A DNA stretch of 41,496 bases from an uncultured bacterium. Its GTDB lineage: Bacteria; Auribacterota; Erginobacteria; Erginobacterales; Erginobacteraceae. Position 1 is the first letter of the stretch. Each line of letters opens with the position of its first letter. The notes beneath the pieces were generated by a model. It was given only the letters and a program-made list of their open reading frames with translations, searched no databases and was not told the origin of the DNA. The stretch covers positions 1 to 41,496 of the forward strand of contig CAWGIE010000040.1 of the NCBI GenBank assembly GCA_963822585.1. The letters are read 5' to 3'. Of the stretch, positions 35,832 through 41,496 are shown in pieces. Made by a program: the position numbers and the translations under genes.

Positions 35832-35895
35832 CTCATTCCCACGCTCTGCGTGGGAACGCAAATCTATTCGTTACCATGGGGAGCGTGGTAACGAG
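35832..35895. repeat. REP doublet (REPIN-like) between convergent genes
   Basis: ctcattcccacgctctgcgtgggaacg, a 10-nt spacer, then the inverted degenerate copy cgttaccatggggagcgtggtaacgag (21/27 match). Confidence 0.75.
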
Positions 35896-35940
35896 TTTGG
35901 TCGGGTGTTATTTTCAAAACGCTAACGTGTTACGAATTTT

Positions 35941-36903
35941 TCAATGCTGATCCCGGTACCATCCTATGGTCTTCTTCAGTCCTTCATTCAGGCTGACCCG
36001 CGGCTCCCAGCCCAATGTATTCCGGATTCTGGTATGATCCCCCACAAACCGCCGGATCTCGTTCTCGCGATAGGGGAGCACCTCCGGGTCCACCCGGACC
36101 CCGCCTTCCATCATTGAGTCGATCAGCACTACCAGGTCCCGTAATGAGATCTCCTCACCGGTCCCCAGGTTGAATACCTCGCCATAGCCGCGGCCTTCCT
36201 TGGCCGCCAGCAGAAATCCCTCCACCACGTCGTCGATATAGGTGTACTCCCGGGTCTGTTCGCCGGCCGTCATCCGGACCGGTTCTCCGGACAGGCCGGC
36301 CCGGATCAACTGGGGAAGAAATCGTTCCACGCCCTGGCCCGGGCCATAGACGAGAAAGAGCCGCATAATTCTGACCGATGCTCCCAGGGACGCGGCGGCC
36401 ATCCGGCCGAACATGGTGGCGGCGGCTTTAGAGAATGAATACGGGGAGATCGGATCGAGGGACATCTCCTCTCTAAACGGCGCCGGATTTCGTCCATAGG
36501 CCTCGGCGGTACAGGCGGAAATCATGATCTCGTAATCAACCCGGCTCAGAGCAGCTATCAAATTGACGGTGCCCCCCAGGTTTACTGCCAGGGCCTCATC
36601 GATCTTTCTCCAGTCCCGGCTGACATCGGTCATGGCGGCCAGGTGGAATACTCTCCGCGGCGCGATCTTCCGGATGGCCTCCTGTACGGCAGTCCGGTCG
36701 CGGATGTCGACGGGATAGATCCCGATCGCGGACTCCAGTCCGTCCAGCCGCCCCCGAGGAGCGTCCGGATGAATCAGGGCCGAGACCCGGGCTCCTTCCC
36801 GGACCAGGCGCCGCGCCAGCGCGGAACCGATGAATCCTTCCGCCCCCGTGACCAGCACGGGAATAGTGCGATACCCTTCAATTGGCACGTTCTTTCCGCT
36901 CAT
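35941..36903 (-). CDS. NAD-dependent sugar epimerase/dehydratase/reductase (extended SDR)
   Basis: VTGAEGFIG, FHLAA, YSFSK (YxxxK), VYGPGQ, REYTYIDD, FNLGTG. Confidence 0.9.
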   Translation of the reverse strand: MSGKNVPIEGYRTIPVLVTGAEGFIGSALARRLVREGARVSALIHPDAPRGRLDGLESAIGIYPVDIRDRTAVQEAIRKIAPRRVFHLAAMTDVSRDWRKIDEALAVNLGGTVNLIAALSRVDYEIMISACTAEAYGRNPAPFREEMSLDPISPYSFSKAAATMFGRMAAASLGASVRIMRLFLVYGPGQGVERFLPQLIRAGLSGEPVRMTAGEQTREYTYIDDVVEGFLLAAKEGRGYGEVFNLGTGEEISLRDLVVLIDSMMEGGVRVDPEVLPYRENEIRRFVGDHTRIRNTLGWEPRVSLNEGLKKTIGWYRDQH

Positions 36904-36934
36904 CGTTTCATGGCTTGTATCATAGGGATCGGCA

Positions 36935-37020
36935 AAATGGAGTAGTGGAGTGCTGGAATGGTGGAGTGATGGGGAGAAGAATGCTCCGGGTCATCACTCC
37001 ATTACTCCACCGCTTCATTA
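36935..37020. repeat. Inverted 8-mer tandem-repeat element (same family as 22085-22224)
   Basis: tggagtag tggagtgc tggaatgg tggagtga tgggg ... catcactc cattactc caccgctt catt. Confidence 0.8.
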
Positions 37021-37029
37021 TTTTCCTCT

Positions 37030-38613
37030 TCAATCCCGTGGTACTCCGGCGGGCTTTAAATACTCTTCGATCACTGTCGCGGCCACGTTCTCCGCCAGGA
37101 TATGGTTTCCTTCCGGGGTGCAGTGCCCGAAATCACCGGCAAAAGCGTCCTTGAAAAGATCATCGTAGTCGGCATTTCGGAGTGCCTCTTTAAAAACGTC
37201 CTCGTTGTCGACGAAGATGATGTCGTCATGGTCTTCCAGCATCTTCTCGAGGGAGCCCACCGCTCTCATCGGGTACTGGACGGCGACCAGCTGGATTCCC
37301 CTGCGATCGACGATCTTCGTGATCCGTTGGTAGCTGTCGAAGGTGATCGGGTTGTAGGTATTCATCAGGCGGCGACGGTCCTGCCGCAGGTATTGCTCGG
37401 CTTTTTCGGGCTCTCCCAGTTGCCGGTAGATGTAGGCCAGTTCCACGTAGGCCCTCTTGTGGTACGGGTCGCGCTCGATCGCGTTTTCGCAGACCCCGAT
37501 CGCCGAGCGATAATCCCCCTCCGCTTCGTAGCAGCTCCAGAGCGTGACCGTGGCCAGGTAATTGTCCGGGTTGATCTCCAATGCCCGGCGGGCCCGTTCC
37601 TTCCCCCGGGCGATCTGTTTGTTTTTCCAGAAATCGATCCAGGCCAGGGAGGCAAGCGCCTGGTCGTTGGCCGGGTTGATTTCGATGGCCTTGCTGAAGG
37701 ATTCCATCGCCTGGCCGTATTTTTTCTTCGAGAGGAAAGACCGCCCCAGGAGCGTCCAGGCCCTGTCGTTGCCGGGGTTAATCTCAATGGCTTTCCAGCA
37801 GGCCCGCGTCACGCCCTTATGGTACTGCTTGTTCAGATGGCCCCGCGCCCGGCCGACATATGCCTCGTCGCACCTCGGGTCCAGCTTGATCGCCTTTTCG
37901 AAGATTTCCGTCGCCTCTTGATACCGGTCCTGGCTGAGATAGCAGTCTCCCATCCGGACCAACGCGGCCGGGTCATCCGGATGTTTTTGCAGTTCCGCCC
38001 GAAGCTCCGCTTCCAGTTGAAAGAGGTCGTACTCCGGCCCCATCAAACCGCGGTACTGATAGAGATCGGGGTCGAGACGATTGGGGGAAGCCAGGCCGTA
38101 CTTTTCCAGGGCGATTTCGATATTTTGCCCCAGCAGGGCCGCCAGTTTATAAACCCGGAACCCCTCGATGAATTCCCCCAGGGAAGAGGTTTTTTCGTGC
38201 AGCCGGTGGCTGACCGAAGTGTCGTTGATCCCCATCATGGCCACGACCATATCGGGCCGGTAATCATCCATCCAGCCTTCCAGATTATCCGCGATGTAGG
38301 CCGTGCTGCATCCGGGCTTCCCCTTGTTGATGACGGTAAAACTCTTGTCGGGAAATTTTTCGTCGAGAAGAGACTGCAGCTGGTTGGGATAGGCGTAGGT
38401 ATGATCGCCGTCGTAGGTGGTGGACTCCCCGATACAGATGATGCGGTATTCTTCCTTGTTTTCCCGGTCGATCCGGTTGGGCCGGTCCCGGAGGGAAAGA
38501 ACGACAAAACCGGCCAGGCGGAGACCGAGCTCCAGGAGGATAACCGTGACGATGATACTGCCGCCGATCAGGGCGATCTTCTGTCTTACTGTTGTTTTGC
38601 CTTTACAAGTCAT
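37030..38613 (-). CDS. Membrane-anchored SGNH-fold protein with an internal TPR array
   Basis: TM helix; CIGESTT, NKGKPG, MMGIND; about six TPRs (KAIKLDP, KAIEINP twice, RALEINP, NAIERDP); DFGHCTPEGN. ATG at 38613 preferred. Confidence 0.85.
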   Translation of the reverse strand: MTCKGKTTVRQKIALIGGSIIVTVILLELGLRLAGFVVLSLRDRPNRIDRENKEEYRIICIGESTTYDGDHTYAYPNQLQSLLDEKFPDKSFTVINKGKPGCSTAYIADNLEGWMDDYRPDMVVAMMGINDTSVSHRLHEKTSSLGEFIEGFRVYKLAALLGQNIEIALEKYGLASPNRLDPDLYQYRGLMGPEYDLFQLEAELRAELQKHPDDPAALVRMGDCYLSQDRYQEATEIFEKAIKLDPRCDEAYVGRARGHLNKQYHKGVTRACWKAIEINPGNDRAWTLLGRSFLSKKKYGQAMESFSKAIEINPANDQALASLAWIDFWKNKQIARGKERARRALEINPDNYLATVTLWSCYEAEGDYRSAIGVCENAIERDPYHKRAYVELAYIYRQLGEPEKAEQYLRQDRRRLMNTYNPITFDSYQRITKIVDRRGIQLVAVQYPMRAVGSLEKMLEDHDDIIFVDNEDVFKEALRNADYDDLFKDAFAGDFGHCTPEGNHILAENVAATVIEEYLKPAGVPRD

Positions 38614-38619
38614 ACTAAA

Positions 38620-38672
38620 ACCACGAAGGTAACAAACGCCTTGAATATACAATCCTTCGTGACCTTCGTGGT
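38620..38672. repeat. Inverted 9-mer element (same family as 17869-17986)
   Basis: accacgaaggt ... ccttcgtga ccttcgtggt; perfect 11-bp terminal inverted repeat. Confidence 0.75.
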
Positions 38673-38720
38673 AAATATCAGGTTACAAACCGGCTAAAGA
38701 TAACCCGAGGGACAAAACGA

Positions 38721-39719
38721 TCACTCTTCACGTTCCCGGTCCAGCTCGGCCAGGAAGTCACGGTACCAGGCGATCGTTTCCCCCAGTCCTTCTTCAATCG
38801 TATAGGCCGGCTTCCATTCCAGCACCCGGCGCGCTTTCTCGGCCGAGAGATACTGGTGGTGGATCTCCCCCTTCACGGCATCGAGAACATCGGGTTTGAT
38901 GTCTTCGCGGTCCATCAGCTTCAGGATCAGGTTAACCAGTTCCAGGACCGTAATCTGGCGCTCGTCGCTGAAGTTGAACGCCTCTCCGGCAACACCTTCC
39001 CGATCGGTCTGTTCCGCCATCAGGAGGTATCCTTTCACCGCGTCAAGGACATAAAAATAATCGCGGATATAGGTGCCGTCGCTGCGGATGATCGGGGTTT
39101 CCCCGTAATAAACCGAACGGATGGTCCCCGGGATAATCCGGTTCCAGTTCAGGTCGCCTCCTCCGTAAAGATTACCGCAGCGGGCGATGGTCACCGGGAG
39201 CCCGTAGGTCTGAAAGTACGCCTGAGCGAGCAGGTCGGTGCAGCTTTTGGAGACGTCATACGGATGGCTCCCCCGCAGCGCCGCCGCTTCCGTGTAGGGA
39301 AGGTCGGTGTGAATCCCGTACGCCTTGTCGCTGGAGGCGACGACCACCCGCTTGACCGTATTCACCTGCCGGCAGGCCTCAAGCAGGTTCCATGTCCCCC
39401 TGATATTCGATTCGAAGGTGGAGCGGGGAGAACGATTGGCGATGGAAACAATCGTCTGGGCGGCGAAGTGAAAGACCGTGTCGATCTCGTACTCGTTGAT
39501 TGCCCTCTCCAGAAGATCGTAATCGGTCACGTCTCCCCGGACGATATTGATCCGATCCCAGCAGCTCAGCTTTTTCAGGTTCGACTGGGGGACCAGATCC
39601 CGGATCAACCCCAATACGTTGGCGCCGCGTCGATAGAGAGCCTCGGTCATCCAGGAACCGAGCAGGCCGGTGCATCCGGTGACAAGGACATTCTTATTAT
39701 TCCAGAAATTATTGCTCAT
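38721..39719 (-). CDS. rfbG: CDP-glucose 4,6-dehydratase-like SDR
   Basis: [51 protein letters not shown]; directly downstream of rfbF. Confidence 0.75.
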   Translation of the reverse strand: MSNNFWNNKNVLVTGCTGLLGSWMTEALYRRGANVLGLIRDLVPQSNLKKLSCWDRINIVRGDVTDYDLLERAINEYEIDTVFHFAAQTIVSIANRSPRSTFESNIRGTWNLLEACRQVNTVKRVVVASSDKAYGIHTDLPYTEAAALRGSHPYDVSKSCTDLLAQAYFQTYGLPVTIARCGNLYGGGDLNWNRIIPGTIRSVYYGETPIIRSDGTYIRDYFYVLDAVKGYLLMAEQTDREGVAGEAFNFSDERQITVLELVNLILKLMDREDIKPDVLDAVKGEIHHQYLSAEKARRVLEWKPAYTIEEGLGETIAWYRDFLAELDREREE

Positions 39720-39787
39720 GAGTTTACAACCTTTTCTTATGAGATTTATTTCCCGCTAAGGAAAGCATGAATGCATTCCTGAGGGGT

Positions 39788-40570
39788 TTACTTCTTCCAA
39801 GGAGCATTACCGCTCATCCACAGTTTTTCCAAATTTTCCATGTCGCGGTAGGTGTCCATACAGTGCCAGAAGCCTTCGTGCTGGTAGATCGCCAGTTCGC
39901 CGTCGCGGGCCAGGTTTTCCAGGGGTTCCCGTTCCAGGGAGCCGTCGTCGGAAAGATAATCGAAGACCTCCTTCTGAAAAACAAAAAACCCCCCGTTGAT
40001 CAGGCCGCTCTTGACCTGGGGCTTCTCACGAAACTCCCTGACCAGCCCGTCCTTCACCTCCAGTTCTCCGAAACGGGTCATCGGACGAACACCGGTCACG
40101 GTGGCCAGCTTTCCCTTCTGGCGGTGATAGGCAAGCAGCTGATCGATATCGATATCGGAAACTCCGTCCCCATAGGTGACCATAAACGTGTCGCCGTCGA
40201 TATAGGGCTCAACCCGCTTGATCCTGCCCCCGGTCAGGGTCTCGAGGCCGGTGTTGGCCAGGGTGATCCGCCAGTCGGGGTGAAGACGCGTGTGGGGCGT
40301 GATCACCTTTCCTTCCCCCAGATCGAGGGTGAAATCGTTCGTGTAATAATCAAAATTGAGGAAATAATCTTTGATCATCTCGCCCTTGTAGCCCAGTGTG
40401 AGAACAAACTGCTTGAATCCGTAGGCGGAGTAGATATCCATGATATGAATGAGGATCGGCTTCTCCCCGACCCGGATCATCGGCTTGGGCCGGTACTCGG
40501 TCTCTTCGACCAGGCGCGTTCCTCTTCCCCCGCAGAGAATCACTACTTTGATCGTATTTTTTTCTTCCAT
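39788..40570 (-). CDS. rfbF: Glucose-1-phosphate cytidylyltransferase
   Basis: ILCGGRGTRL.EET..RPKPM, LGYKG, TLTGGRIKR, TYGDGVSD, INGGFF, GFWHCMDT.RD, APWK. Confidence 0.95.
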   Translation of the reverse strand: MEEKNTIKVVILCGGRGTRLVEETEYRPKPMIRVGEKPILIHIMDIYSAYGFKQFVLTLGYKGEMIKDYFLNFDYYTNDFTLDLGEGKVITPHTRLHPDWRITLANTGLETLTGGRIKRVEPYIDGDTFMVTYGDGVSDIDIDQLLAYHRQKGKLATVTGVRPMTRFGELEVKDGLVREFREKPQVKSGLINGGFFVFQKEVFDYLSDDGSLEREPLENLARDGELAIYQHEGFWHCMDTYRDMENLEKLWMSGNAPWKK

Positions 40571-41298
40571 TGCATCAGCTCCTTCCCCAGGCGGTATCTG
40601 ACTATGTTGCGGATAAATTCAATAATCGCGGCGATATTGATATGGGAGAACCCTTTCCCCCTTTTCCGGAAGACAACCGGGATCTCCTTCACGGTCAGCT
40701 TCAAAATGCCGGCCTTGACCAGCAGTTCGGCGTCCACGAACCAGTCCCGGGAGGTAAGATCGAAGATATCCAGCCATTCCCTTTTAAAGATTCGCGGCTT
40801 GGCGTTGATATCATAGAATGGCAGATTGAACAAGATGCAGAACATCATCACGTAGCTGTTGGATATCCAGCGCCGGGAGAAACCGTCCAGCCGCAGCGCG
40901 CGGCGGACCTTGATCAGGTCAAACCCGGAGTCCGCCCACCGCAGAACCCGCACCAGACCCGTCGGTCCGACCTGGCCGTCCCCGTCCATGTAGCCGATCC
41001 ATTCCCCTTCAGCTTCCCGAAGACCGCTGATGACCCCCCAGCCGTACCCGAGGTTTTTCTTCACGGTCACCTCTTTCAGGCGCGGGTCCTCTTTCGCCAG
41101 CTGCCCGATCAGCCCCGAGGTCCGATCGGAGGAGCCGTTATTGACCAGTACCAGCTGAAAGTTGAAGCCGGCGGCGTCCAGCGCATCACGCAATCCTCCG
41201 ACCACCGGTGCGATATTCTCCTCCTCATTATAGAAAATGAGAGCTAGTGAAAAATCATACTGCCTTTTATTCTTTCGATTAAGTTCTCCTGAATTCAT
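40543..41298 (-). CDS. GT2 DPM1-like (polyprenol-phosphate sugar synthase-like) glycosyltransferase
   Basis: FYNEEENI, VNNGSSD, NLGYG, YMDGDGQ, DINAKP, DAELL, EIPV.F..R..G.S; no TM tail. Confidence 0.88.
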   Translation of the reverse strand: MNSGELNRKNKRQYDFSLALIFYNEEENIAPVVGGLRDALDAAGFNFQLVLVNNGSSDRTSGLIGQLAKEDPRLKEVTVKKNLGYGWGVISGLREAEGEWIGYMDGDGQVGPTGLVRVLRWADSGFDLIKVRRALRLDGFSRRWISNSYVMMFCILFNLPFYDINAKPRIFKREWLDIFDLTSRDWFVDAELLVKAGILKLTVKEIPVVFRKRGKGFSHINIAAIIEFIRNIVRYRLGKELMQWKKKIRSK

Positions 41299-41445
41299 GG
41301 TCGCTTATAGTACCCGAACCTACCGGCGGGGTAAAGACACAATGTCGGTCATTCGCCGGGTGGAGTATGATATGATAACAAACAGCCCAGGCGATTAGAC
41401 CAAAAAATAGGGATAATCGCTGAAAGATGTCATTTCTTATTACTA

Positions 41446-41474
41446 TAATCCGCTTAATCCGAATAATCCGCGGT
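41446..41474. repeat. Degenerate 9-mer tandem repeat
   Basis: taatccgct taatccgaa taatccgcg gt. Confidence 0.65.
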
Positions 41475-41496
41475 ATTTTTCCCCAGCCGGTTGAAC

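Noticed and set aside
37102..38697. 531-aa plus-strand ORF
   Set aside because: Antisense shadow of the SGNH-TPR gene, with no recognisable motifs; expected from GC-rich codon bias.
38856..40816. 304-aa and 349-aa plus-strand ORFs
   Set aside because: Antisense shadows of rfbG, rfbF and the GT2 gene.
1..41496. tRNA, rRNA, riboswitch, integrase or intact transposase
   Set aside because: None recognised by eye. A covariance-model scan would be needed to exclude small ncRNAs.

Overview
A 41.5 kb bacterial cell-envelope and glycosylation region with about 28 genes and no rRNA, tRNA or CRISPR array. It has four parts. (1) Four secreted proteins (1-984 partial, 1096-3492, 3785-6151, 31436-33013) share a C-terminal module: a Pro/Thr linker followed by exactly six ~40-aa DxDxDG/FG-GAP-like repeats (consensus GDYxGDGxxDxAxFRxxxGLWAxRGxTRxYFGxxxDxPV). 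(2) Nucleotide-sugar genes: rfbF, an rfbG-like dehydratase, an epimerase/reductase, rffA with a GNAT, DegT with a GNAT, and a Glf/PPOX-like flavoprotein. (3) Four GT-C (ArnT/PMT-like) membrane glycosyltransferases and three GT2 enzymes. (4) Candidate tailoring enzymes: five SGNH-fold proteins, three SAM-methyltransferase genes, a Thr-type sulfatase-like lipoprotein and a phosphodiester glycosidase. The most unusual observations are: an intact SGNH paralog with all four S-G-N-H residues replaced, next to its active twin; a ~680-bp near-identical repeat module shared by those two otherwise diverged genes; a second active/degenerate pair among the methyltransferases; an orphan chemoreceptor sensor domain; and a family of intergenic elements made of inverted arrays of degenerate 7-, 8- and 9/10-mer tandem repeats at many gene junctions. 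From memory, the repeat module resembles proteins of uncultured PVC-related lineages such as Ca. Auribacterota/Aureabacteria; this is unverified. All calls come from motif recognition by eye, and no database searches were run.
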